In this document: positions 27,401-35,435 of the stretch, piece after piece
Layout of the letters: the number at the start of each line of letters is the position of its first letter
Position numbering within the stretch: position 1 is the stretch's first letter
Origin: Bdellovibrionales bacterium
GTDB taxonomy: Bacteria; Bdellovibrionota; Bdellovibrionia; Bdellovibrionales; UBA1609
Assembly: GCA_020850475.1 (NCBI GenBank)
Contig: JADZEO010000011.1
Span: 10,764 to 74,763, forward strand
Length of the DNA: 64,000 nucleotides
Direction of reading: 5' to 3'
Made by a program: the position numbers and the translations under genes
Notes under the pieces: model-generated
The model's database searches: none
Told to the model about the DNA's origin: nothing
What the model saw: the letters and a program-made list of their open reading frames with translations, nothing else

Positions 27401-28423
27401 TTGGCAAAACTTTTGTCGTCAGCAGCGACAGTTCGAGTTCGAGCCCCGGCGGGGGACACCCCACTGGCGCGTTTTTCTTCGGCGATGGCGCCCAATAGTT
27501 GGGCTCAGCTGACTCCTGCTCCCGAGGGCCTCAGTCTTTTCTTGGGTGGCCCCCACAGTGCAATCAAGACGGGTTATGCCACCAAAATGGCTTACGATCC
27601 GGTGGGTAAGAAAATCTACTTTTTTGGTGGTGACCATAACGAAGTGGGAGTTCTCAAGTTTTTTGTCTACGACGAAGTTACCAACGTTTGGTCTTATTTG
27701 CCAACGCCTGCCTGGGCCCAAGTCCCTTGCTTTCACGGTTGGGAACACCTGAGTTGGGATTCAACTCACCACAGACTTCACTACCGACCATACAATGTGA
27801 ATGGAATTCAGCGCTGGGAGGGCGGTTCCAATTGGACCAAGATACCATCCGATCAAACCTTTGGATATCAATCGGCGATTGTGGCCATCGAGTGGTTTCC
27901 CGATCTCAATCAGATGATTCAGATTCAACAAGAAAGCGCTCCTCAGGGAATGATTGCGGGCTATGATCCCGATGCGAGCAACTGGTCAATTTATTCGAAG
28001 CAGTTGACCAACCTCGGTGGTACGAGCTGCTTTGCCCACTATAGTCCCCAGCACAAGGCAGTATGGTTTGGCGGTGGAACTCCCAGTTGGACGCTCGATA
28101 GTTCCGGCAAAGTGAGTGCTTGTCCCCCAGCCCCCTATCCTTTGGGGCCGACTAATGATCATGCTCTAATGGTTTGCAATCCTCAAAATGGCAACTTCAT
28201 AACCATGTTGACGTCGACGAATTGGCACGAGTTTGACCCGGCAAATAAGGTTTGGACAGCACTCTCGGGGACCTGCCCCGTACTTCAGTCACCCAATCAT
28301 ACCTCTTCTTGGCCCACCTTTGGTGTGGTTGCTGTCCCGATCTTTCAATATGGAGTCATTGTCTTTATTAAGGCCTACAGCGCTTCGAGTCCGGCGCAAA
28401 TGTGGGTGTATCGGCCGGGTTAA
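27401..28423 (+). CDS. beta-propeller-like protein, paralog B (unknown function)
   Basis: The TTG start gives MAKLLSSAATVRVRAPAGDTPLARF, which parallels paralog A. The C-terminus ...YGVIVFIKAYSASSPAQMWVYRPG parallels ...LGVVVFISQRSQVGGTFYIYKR in A. Confidence 0.6.
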   Translation: MAKLLSSAATVRVRAPAGDTPLARFSSAMAPNSWAQLTPAPEGLSLFLGGPHSAIKTGYATKMAYDPVGKKIYFFGGDHNEVGVLKFFVYDEVTNVWSYLPTPAWAQVPCFHGWEHLSWDSTHHRLHYRPYNVNGIQRWEGGSNWTKIPSDQTFGYQSAIVAIEWFPDLNQMIQIQQESAPQGMIAGYDPDASNWSIYSKQLTNLGGTSCFAHYSPQHKAVWFGGGTPSWTLDSSGKVSACPPAPYPLGPTNDHALMVCNPQNGNFITMLTSTNWHEFDPANKVWTALSGTCPVLQSPNHTSSWPTFGVVAVPIFQYGVIVFIKAYSASSPAQMWVYRPG

Positions 28424-28480
28424 TTGTTTGCTCACCAAATTGAAGGTGGTAGTCTCAACAGAACAGGTGTGGAGGCTCCC

Positions 28481-29182
28481 ATGCAAATTGCTCATCGTCG
28501 CGATGTGGTATTTATCTTGCTCAGTGGTTTTTTTATCACCAACGCGATCATCGCCGAGATGATCGGTGGCAAACTCATCCAAGCCGGACCCTTTGCCATG
28601 AGCATTGGAGTTATCCCTTGGCCCGTCGTCTTTCTCACCACCGACCTCATTAATGAATACTTTGGCACGAGCGGGGTCCGTCGCCTCACGTTTTTGACTA
28701 TGGGCTTGATTGTCTATGCCTTCCTCGTGATTTATGCGGCCATGCTGGTGCCAGCTGCCGACTTTTCCCCGATCTCCACCGAAGTTTTTGCCTTGGTGTT
28801 TGGTCAAAGCCTTTGGATCATCGTTGGAAGCATTGTCGCTTTCGCCCTTTCTCAGCTCGTGGATGTGACGGTCTTTTGGTTTTTTCGTCGGCGCACGGGT
28901 GGCAAACGTTTGTGGCTAAGGGCCACGGGTTCAACAGCCGTGTCCCAGTTAATTGACAGTATTGTCATCATTGGTATTGCCTTTTGGTTGCCGGGCAAGG
29001 TGAAGACCAGTGAATTTTTGACCGTGGCGATGACGAATTATTCTTACAAGTTTCTCATTGCGGTGGGCTTGACGCCCTTGGTTTACTTGTTGCACGGAAT
29101 GATCGACCGATTCTTAGGGAAGGCTGAGGCCTCGCAACTCATCGAGAAGGCGGCCAGCGAATCAGAGTCGCCGGTTGTTTGA
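28481..29182 (+). CDS. yhhQ: queuosine-precursor transporter (YhhQ / DUF165, VUT family)
   Basis: GGAGG RBS 5 nt before the ATG at 28481. Polytopic membrane protein with the family motif FLTTDLINEYFG and a conserved SQLVD/SQLID pair. Confidence 0.8.
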   Translation: MQIAHRRDVVFILLSGFFITNAIIAEMIGGKLIQAGPFAMSIGVIPWPVVFLTTDLINEYFGTSGVRRLTFLTMGLIVYAFLVIYAAMLVPAADFSPISTEVFALVFGQSLWIIVGSIVAFALSQLVDVTVFWFFRRRTGGKRLWLRATGSTAVSQLIDSIVIIGIAFWLPGKVKTSEFLTVAMTNYSYKFLIAVGLTPLVYLLHGMIDRFLGKAEASQLIEKAASESESPVV

Positions 29183-29598
29183 GGTGGATGAAGGTGCCGG
29201 ATAGGGGATTGCACGAACCAGGACCTTTCGAGACATCGGTGATGATCCGTGATCGAAACGATTTGGATAAGGTTACGACCGCAACCCTCATGGTGCGCGT
29301 CCTTCCTGTGTCCGCTCGAGTGAAGCATGCGGCAAAGGTTTTGGGTATTGTTTGGGGAGTCGCCGTGGCCTGCGTGTTCATCCCGGTTTTCCATTTCGTA
29401 TTGGTGCCACTCGGCATTTTAGTGGGTGGTGTTTTTGCCTTTCATTCCTTTGCCTTGCGATTGGGAGTGAATGAAGGAGAAGTTGTTTGTCCTCGTTGTA
29501 GTGCGAGATTGAGGATTGAGCCTCGTGAATTTAACTGGCCGCTGCGACTCGTTTGTAAGAGTTGTCACGGCGACCTCACGCTTCAATTGACAAATTAG
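29179..29598 (+). CDS. membrane protein with C-terminal zinc-ribbon (hypothetical)
   Basis: Two TM helices (VLGIVWGVAVACVFIPVFHFVLVPLGILVGGVFAF), then CPRC-x20-CKSC. The start overlaps the yhhQ stop. The exact start (TTG 29179 or ATG 29188) is uncertain. Confidence 0.5.
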   Translation: MRWMKVPDRGLHEPGPFETSVMIRDRNDLDKVTTATLMVRVLPVSARVKHAAKVLGIVWGVAVACVFIPVFHFVLVPLGILVGGVFAFHSFALRLGVNEGEVVCPRCSARLRIEPREFNWPLRLVCKSCHGDLTLQLTN

Positions 29599-29800
29599 GT
29601 AACGAGTCAACTAGGTTCAGTGTTTTCTAACGAAAACCCGATGGGGAAGCCTGTTGCAAGCCAGTTGACTTGCCGAATCAATGAAAATTAAGGACTATCA
29701 ATTTACGCTCACGCGAAAACCTTTTCACTCTCGGAGTTTCGCTTTCGTCTTTTCGCTTCGATTGTATTATGAAGCCGGTCACTAGAATCGGAGGTTTTTT

Positions 29801-30334
29801 ATGAAACAGTTATTGTTAATCATGATGGTAGTCACTTCGACCACGGCTTGGGGATTTGAAAAGGTTCAGGCGAAATTCAGGGGGGACGCGATTTTTGCCA
29901 ATTCCACGCAATACTATATGAGTTACTGTGCGGATAAGGCTTGTAAAACGTTCGTCACACCCACTGTTACCGAACTCCAATCAGAGCAGACGATTCTCTT
30001 GGTTATGGACGAAGTTGGCAAGCGCCTTCGGCAACATCGTCATGCAAGTGGGTACGAAATTGACGGTTGGTCCCTAGATCCGGTTAACCAAAGCGAGATG
30101 TTTGAAGTTTTGGGCACCGATCATTCAAATGGGGACGGTTCTCCGGCTTGGACTCCGCACGAGCAGGCGCAGCTCAAAGGCTATCTTAAGAAGTTTTCAG
30201 GAAAGTTGGCGCTCTATCGGTTCAACTTGCAAGAAAACTATATGAGTGGAACTGGAATTACCACCTACTTTTTCATTTTCAACCAAAGCAACAATTGGGT
30301 AACGGTTTTGGAAAAGCTTGAGTACGCTGAATAA
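29801..30334 (+). CDS. hypothetical secreted protein
   Basis: GGAGG RBS and signal peptide MKQLLLIMMVVTSTTAWG. No family recognised. Confidence 0.6.
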   Translation: MKQLLLIMMVVTSTTAWGFEKVQAKFRGDAIFANSTQYYMSYCADKACKTFVTPTVTELQSEQTILLVMDEVGKRLRQHRHASGYEIDGWSLDPVNQSEMFEVLGTDHSNGDGSPAWTPHEQAQLKGYLKKFSGKLALYRFNLQENYMSGTGITTYFFIFNQSNNWVTVLEKLEYAE

Positions 30335-30370
30335 ACTTGTGTCGCCAGTTATTATTAAGAAAGGGCCATC

Positions 30371-30757
30371 ATGCTAGTTGTCCTAGAAAGACTCAGTGTC
30401 GGAGTAGCAGCTTTTGTCCATGTTTTTATCTTTGTGCTCGAGAGTTTGCTGTGGGGACGACCCGGGGTGAATCTGGTTTTTGGAATTTCTGCCGAACAGG
30501 CGGCGCAAAGCCGCTTGTTCGCGTTCAATCAAGGATTCTACAACTTGTTTCTTGCCATCGGCGCCTTAGTCGGAGTTGTTTTAGAGGTGGTTGGCTACAG
30601 TGTGGTGGGTAATACCCTAAAGTATTTTTCCTGCCTTTCCATGGTCGGGGCTGCCAGCGTTTTGATGTACTCGCAACCTCACCTGATTCGAGCGGTCCTC
30701 ATTCAAGGCGGACCACCGCTAGTTGGGTTAGTGCTTGTCGGTTTCCAGCGTCTCTGA
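30371..30757 (+). CDS. DUF1304-like small membrane protein
   Basis: A four-TM protein. FVHVFIFVLESLLW...FAFNQGFYNLFLAIG matches my memory of the DUF1304 signature. I prefer it to the overlapping frame 30337..30612. Confidence 0.65.
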   Translation: MLVVLERLSVGVAAFVHVFIFVLESLLWGRPGVNLVFGISAEQAAQSRLFAFNQGFYNLFLAIGALVGVVLEVVGYSVVGNTLKYFSCLSMVGAASVLMYSQPHLIRAVLIQGGPPLVGLVLVGFQRL

Positions 30758-30926
30758 GTGCCCCAACCTGTTGCGAAAATCTGCAGGGTTTGGAAATATT
30801 CACTGAAGGAAGGACTAGAAATTTGTTCCGAAAGGACTCCGAGCGTGGTTTTTTAGGATTCTGGATTTTCTCCGATGTAGAACTCAAATATTCAAAAGTG
30901 TGAGTTCCAAATTAGCGGAGGTTTTA

Positions 30927-31595
30927 ATGAAATCAGTGATTACTCTCATTATTGGTGCAATGGCCATTCTCATACAGGCCGGCGAAGCGATGGCCTGCCA
31001 GCGTGACATTTCAAGCCACAAACTGTTGTGTCCCGGGGACCCCGTCGTGAGCTCAGGCAACAACACCGGCGTGGTTCTGGGGGTGAATGCCCGGTCCCGG
31101 ATGGTCAGCATCGATCTCGACAATTATTTTGAACACTACTCTTACAAAATCGAAGACATTTTTCTAGGGTTTGGCTGTATGTATTCGGTTTGTGTGGGCG
31201 ATCGAGTGGTGAGTTCAGGAAATAGCACGGGCGTTGTCATTGGTATTAATCCCTACAAGCATACAGTTTCAATCGATTTGGATAACTACTTCGAACACTA
31301 CAGCTATAATTTGTCAGAGATATTTTTAGGCTTTGGTTGTGTCGATGGCGTCTGCGTTGGCGATCTGGCTGTGAGTTCCGGCAATAGCACGGGCACAATC
31401 ATTGGGGTAAATCCTTACAGAGGGACGGTGTCTCTTGATTTGGACAATTACTACGAACACTACAGTTATGAAATTGACAAAATTTTCGTTAGTAATGAAT
31501 GCTTGGAGTATGGTCCCGGAGCACGCTCCCAGTATCGCTGGCTGCTGGTGCCGGCGACCGGAGAGTTCAATTTTTACTTGAGCCGCCAACAATAG
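30927..31595 (+). CDS. secreted protein built from three 54-aa repeats
   Basis: GGAGG RBS and signal peptide MKSVITLIIGAMAILIQAGEAMA. Three units of CxGDxVVSSGNxTGxxxGxNxxxxxVSxDLDNY(F/Y)EHYSY. Confidence 0.7.
   Translation: MKSVITLIIGAMAILIQAGEAMACQRDISSHKLLCPGDPVVSSGNNTGVVLGVNARSRMVSIDLDNYFEHYSYKIEDIFLGFGCMYSVCVGDRVVSSGNSTGVVIGINPYKHTVSIDLDNYFEHYSYNLSEIFLGFGCVDGVCVGDLAVSSGNSTGTIIGVNPYRGTVSLDLDNYYEHYSYEIDKIFVSNECLEYGPGARSQYRWLLVPATGEFNFYLSRQQ
31029..31514 (+). repeat. three tandem 162-nt (54-aa) coding repeats
   Basis: The conserved Cys codon recurs at nt 31029, 31191 and 31353, an exact 162-nt period. Protein identity is clearly higher than DNA identity, with many synonymous differences. 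Confidence 0.85.
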
Positions 31596-31612
31596 TGTAA
31601 GAAGTTGGGCAC

Positions 31613-32401
31613 ATGCACGGGCTCGGAGCAATTGACGGCAACAAAGTGATTGATTGGGGGCGGGTGTCGCTCGAATACGCGCGCTATCGCCCCGGCCCGC
31701 CCGACAGCTTTTACTCTCGTCTGGCTGAAAACGGAATTGGCCTGCGAGGTCAGCGAATTTTAGACCTGGGCACTGGTACGGGAGTCTTGGCTCGACGTTT
31801 TGCCAAGCAAGGTTGCCAAGTCACTGGTCTCGACATCGCCGAGAATCAAGTGCGCATGGCGCAGGAGTTAGCCAACCTCGATGGGGTCAAGGTTGAGTTC
31901 TTAGTCTCCGATGCTAACCAAATCGCCCTTGCCGATCATGACTTTGACGCCATCACGGCCAATCAATGCTGGCTTTACTTTGACAAGCCCAAAGCAATCT
32001 CTGAAGTCAAGCGACTCCTCCGTCGTAACGGTTTGTTTTCGACGTCGCATCTTTGTTGGTTACCCCATGAAGACGACATTGCCGGGCAGACCGAAGAATT
32101 AATCCTTAAGCATAACCCCGATTGGTCGGCTGCGGGTTTCGATGGAAAAATACCGACCATGCCACAATGGGCGCAAGGCCACTTTAAGCTCCGCAACTTG
32201 GTTGTGTATGATGAGCCGATCCGGTTTACCAGGGAGTCATGGAAGGGCCGGATGCGCGCCTGTCGTGGCGTCGGTGTGGTGATGAGCCCTGAAGAGCTGC
32301 AAGTATTTGAAGCCGACCTCGACCAATTGCTTGCGAAAATTGCGGGCAATGAGTTTGAAATACTCCACCGGATTGATGCCCACATTTTTGAACTGGCCTA
32401 A
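31613..32401 (+). CDS. class I SAM-dependent methyltransferase
   Basis: Motif I ILDLGTGTGVLARRFAKQG, motif II-like GLDIAENQV and post-I acidic residues. Confidence 0.85.
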   Translation: MHGLGAIDGNKVIDWGRVSLEYARYRPGPPDSFYSRLAENGIGLRGQRILDLGTGTGVLARRFAKQGCQVTGLDIAENQVRMAQELANLDGVKVEFLVSDANQIALADHDFDAITANQCWLYFDKPKAISEVKRLLRRNGLFSTSHLCWLPHEDDIAGQTEELILKHNPDWSAAGFDGKIPTMPQWAQGHFKLRNLVVYDEPIRFTRESWKGRMRACRGVGVVMSPEELQVFEADLDQLLAKIAGNEFEILHRIDAHIFELA

Positions 32402-32491
32402 GGACACCATCCATCCCCACATCCATTAATTGCGAGTTCACTTCGGGGGATTCGCTATGACATACTCAAAACACTTCGTTCGGGAGTAAAG

Positions 32492-33613
32492 GTGCGGCGT
32501 ATTTTAAAAGTCCTACTACTTATTACGGTGATGTCATTATTTCCTATTCACCTAGGAGCGAGTGATGAACTTCGCTTCATCGGCTGCGACCCGAGAAATC
32601 CCCTGCCGCTCCCGCAGCCAATTCCTGATGGGGAGGGCATTAGGTGTGGGGATGGTCAGATTGGTGAATACACGGCTTCCTGCGCAAAGTACTGTGGGAG
32701 TAACGGTTGTAAAATGATCGATTGCGAAACGGCCCCCGTTAAATGCACCAAGGTGCGTGAGGCCTGTGACTCAAAAAATTTGGGGGGCGCGACTTGTCGC
32801 CAGTTGGGCTTTTGGAGCGGCCGCCTCAAGTGCCACTCCTCGTGCCTAGGGTTTGATGTCAGCGCCTGTGCTCTTTGCCAAAAGGACTCGGCCAACTCCT
32901 GCCATTCGTTATACCTGCCACAGGAGGCTCTACCCACCCAAGCGCCCATCGCTATTCCAACCCCAAAGGGTATCGCCTTGGCTTGGGGCTCCATCTCCTA
33001 TAGCGGCACTCCCCAGATGAGGTTGGCGCTGATTGACCAGAGGGGCAAGATTCAGACGGTGGCCGACTCCTCAATGAGCGGTTGGCTGGGTGCGAGTCAG
33101 CCTCGTTTGCTCATGGCTGGTGATCACTTGGTGATGATCGCCCGAAAGGACTTTAAACTTTTAATTCAAGAGTTTGATCTGTCCGCGAAGCCCATCGGCG
33201 AGGTGTTTGGAGTTTCAGGAGATGTCTTAATGGATGTTAAGTGGGTCAACGAGCATCTCATGATGATCGTGAGGTCTCGTTACAGCCAAGATTCCTCGAT
33301 CCAGTATGTAAGTTTACAATCAAAACAAGTGGTGCCGCCCCCGCCCCAAACCGAGCAGACGACTCCGGGCCAAGCAATTGAGCATTCAGGAAACGGTCAG
33401 AGCGCCTTACCGGTCTACGGGAAACCTGCCTTGACGCCTTCGCAACTGTTGACCCAGCGATTTATGATTACCAGTCGCAACTTCGTATTTGAAGGTGCCT
33501 TTGTCCCCAACCACGCGAATGTGCCGGGGCCCTCCTCGGCTCTCGTTGAATATTGGACTTCGTCCACCGAGCAAGCCCAGCTCGTCGTCGCCGTTCGAAA
33601 AACCAGGAAATGA
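32492..33613 (+). CDS. secreted Cys-rich protein (myxo-type disulfide-rich module + beta-rich C-terminal region)
   Basis: Signal peptide. About 14 Cys residues lie within about 100 aa, including CGDGQIGE... and ACDSKNLGGATCRQLGFWSGRLKCHSSCLGFDVSAC. Confidence 0.55.
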   Translation: MRRILKVLLLITVMSLFPIHLGASDELRFIGCDPRNPLPLPQPIPDGEGIRCGDGQIGEYTASCAKYCGSNGCKMIDCETAPVKCTKVREACDSKNLGGATCRQLGFWSGRLKCHSSCLGFDVSACALCQKDSANSCHSLYLPQEALPTQAPIAIPTPKGIALAWGSISYSGTPQMRLALIDQRGKIQTVADSSMSGWLGASQPRLLMAGDHLVMIARKDFKLLIQEFDLSAKPIGEVFGVSGDVLMDVKWVNEHLMMIVRSRYSQDSSIQYVSLQSKQVVPPPPQTEQTTPGQAIEHSGNGQSALPVYGKPALTPSQLLTQRFMITSRNFVFEGAFVPNHANVPGPSSALVEYWTSSTEQAQLVVAVRKTRK

Positions 33614-33651
33614 GCCCCGAGTGCATATTGGAAGATGGGATGAGTAGCTAA

Positions 33652-34455
33652 GTGAATGAGGATCGTACCAACACCGATGACAAGATCACCGAATACATTG
33701 AGGGCCGCCGAGCCCTCGTGGACTCTTTCGTGGCAAGAAATTTCGAGTTGTCGTCGATCTTGAAAATTCCTCGAAACCGACTTGCCAGAGATTTTGTCCG
33801 GCACTTGGCCAATTCGGTCGTTATTTTGCCTTATTTGGCGATGCGGGAAACAGCCCAATGGCTCGAGAAGTTGGGATGGGATTACCTTTATAAAAAGACG
33901 AAGGCCTTATCTCCGGGATTTAAGACGAGCGTCGAAATTGAGTTTGAAACTCTCATTTATGAGCAATTGTTCCAATTAAAGGAGGGCCGAGGCCGAGTCG
34001 ATTCTTTCGGTCTGCCGCCGCACCTTCAGGAAAAGCTCCATGAGGGCCTACGTGTCTGGGTCTATCGGCGCGCGACTTGGATTGATCTGGTGTCGTCGTT
34101 TTTGATTTGGCTTACAGGCCTTTTGGTTTTCGATGACTTGCAGCTGGGAATTTTGGGAATTGGTTCAAAGATTGCGAGTTGGTGGAGTTATCGAAATTCC
34201 GCGTCCGAGTTTTTCCTAGGGGAGAGTTTGGGACGCGTATTTTACGGAGTATTTCCCCCGGATCCCTCTGGCTTTCAAGTGGCTCTTTTTACAGTGACCT
34301 TTATGGTTATGATTTCGGTGATATCATTTGGATTCACCTTGGTGCTGGATCCAGTACAAAAAAAGTTGGGCCTTCACCAGCGAAATCTCCATAAGCTGCT
34401 TGATGACCTTGAAGTGAATTTGCTTTTGGCAAGTCGCAAGAGACCAAAACGCTGA
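33652..34455 (+). CDS. hypothetical membrane protein
   Basis: 267-codon ORF with a GTG start and several hydrophobic helices in the C-terminal half. No family recognised. Confidence 0.5.
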   Translation: MNEDRTNTDDKITEYIEGRRALVDSFVARNFELSSILKIPRNRLARDFVRHLANSVVILPYLAMRETAQWLEKLGWDYLYKKTKALSPGFKTSVEIEFETLIYEQLFQLKEGRGRVDSFGLPPHLQEKLHEGLRVWVYRRATWIDLVSSFLIWLTGLLVFDDLQLGILGIGSKIASWWSYRNSASEFFLGESLGRVFYGVFPPDPSGFQVALFTVTFMVMISVISFGFTLVLDPVQKKLGLHQRNLHKLLDDLEVNLLLASRKRPKR

Positions 34456-34479
34456 CCATGGGGGTCGTGGCCCCCCGAT

Positions 34480-34733
34480 AGTTCAAAGAGTGGAACGCAT
34501 CTCGATCGTAAATACATCTGAACTGCACGGGCGCACTTATTTGGCTACAGCATAGGATTGCTAAGAAGCTTCCCAAACATCCCGTTCCTGTTGCAAGAAT
34601 GGGTCGGTTGGCACTGGATAATTCGACAAAGGGGCAGGGACTTGGAAAGCTGCGAATGGTAGATGCGATGAGGCGGGTTCAGGCTGCTTCAGAATTGATA
34701 GGGGTCTCTGCCTTGCTTGTCGATGGCCTTTAG
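34480..34733 (+). pseudogene. decayed GNAT-family (TacT-like) acetyltransferase toxin remnant
   Basis: Not in the ORF track. Frame 34512-34733 reads ...AKKLPKHPVPVARMGRLALDNSTKGQGLGKLRMVDAMRRVQAASELIGVSALLVDGL*. This is the acetyl-CoA-binding core (RLAVD..yQGqGlG..LL.dAl) of TacT-type toxins. The upstream piece (..HGRTYLATA*) lies in another frame. The N-terminal ~50 aa and C-terminal ~30 aa are missing. Confidence 0.5.
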
Positions 34734-34751
34734 CCACCAAGTTGGGTCTCC

Positions 34752-35057
34752 CTAAAACCTTACCCGATCTCGCAGGTAACCAGGGCGATAGCTATCGGCA
34801 AATTGCGGGCTGAGTACTAAGTCAAACTTGTAGGGGAAGTTGCTAGCCGTCAGTTGCTCTTGGATTTCACTCACCTTGCTTTCCAGCTCAGGCGAGATTG
34901 TGTTCACCTCCACCATTAAGTCGAGGTCGGAAAAGGGCTTATGATCACCACGCGCTCGAGAGCCGTAGCAGTAGATCTGAGCACCAAGCATCTCTAAAGG
35001 GTCAACTACTCGCTGCTTTAGTAACATTTGTTGATCGCGTGTGAGGCCAAATTTCAT
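34752..35057 (-). CDS. nucleotidyltransferase-domain protein (MNT-type antitoxin)
   Basis: Minimal nucleotidyltransferase motif YGSRARGDHKPFSDLDLMV (GSxxxG...DxD). 101 aa. Overlaps the upstream HEPN gene by 4 nt. Confidence 0.85.
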   Translation of the reverse strand: MKFGLTRDQQMLLKQRVVDPLEMLGAQIYCYGSRARGDHKPFSDLDLMVEVNTISPELESKVSEIQEQLTASNFPYKFDLVLSPQFADSYRPGYLRDRVRF

Positions 35058-35410
35058 TTGCGAGCCAACACGCCCAAAAGCTCCTGAAGCTTGGGCAAAA
35101 ATTCTTTGGCAAAGGCATAAACTTGCTCGGCCAAGTCCTCTTTATAGGTGTGCGCTGAAAGATTGCGCATGTCGATGGCCTTTAGCCACACGTCCACGTC
35201 TTGGATGTACCCGCTTTGCGCCATCTCTCGGACAATATCTTTTGGAGAGGCTGAGGCCGAGCCCATCGCTTTCTTTGCCGCCTTCCAGGCTAGCTCCACA
35301 CAAAATTCAAATCTCTGGATAACCGAGTCTCGCAAGAAGTCTGTCTTAGGCTGGTTGAGAGCTTCTTCGAGTCTGCGAACGGCTTTAGTGAGCTCTTGGG
35401 TGTGAATCAT
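35054..35410 (-). CDS. HI0074-family nucleotidyltransferase substrate-binding protein (HEPN-type toxin)
   Basis: Rx4-6H HEPN motif in MRNLSAHTY. The family-typical [20 protein letters not shown] is also present. 118 aa. Confidence 0.85.
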   Translation of the reverse strand: MIHTQELTKAVRRLEEALNQPKTDFLRDSVIQRFEFCVELAWKAAKKAMGSASASPKDIVREMAQSGYIQDVDVWLKAIDMRNLSAHTYKEDLAEQVYAFAKEFLPKLQELLGVLARK

Positions 35411-35435
35411 GGGTAGGAGCGTATTTCAAAAAATA

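Noticed and set aside
28424-28480. Possible preQ1 riboswitch upstream of yhhQ
   Set aside because: Only 57 nt are available. I could not find the short P1 hairpin plus A-rich tail of preQ1-I, or the longer preQ1-II/III architectures. A covariance-model scan (Rfam RF00522, RF01054, RF02680) would settle it.
30337-30612. 91-aa ORF overlapping the DUF1304-like gene
   Set aside because: The out-of-frame alternative is Cys/Arg-rich and non-hydrophobic. The 30371-30757 frame gives a coherent four-TM protein with the family motif.
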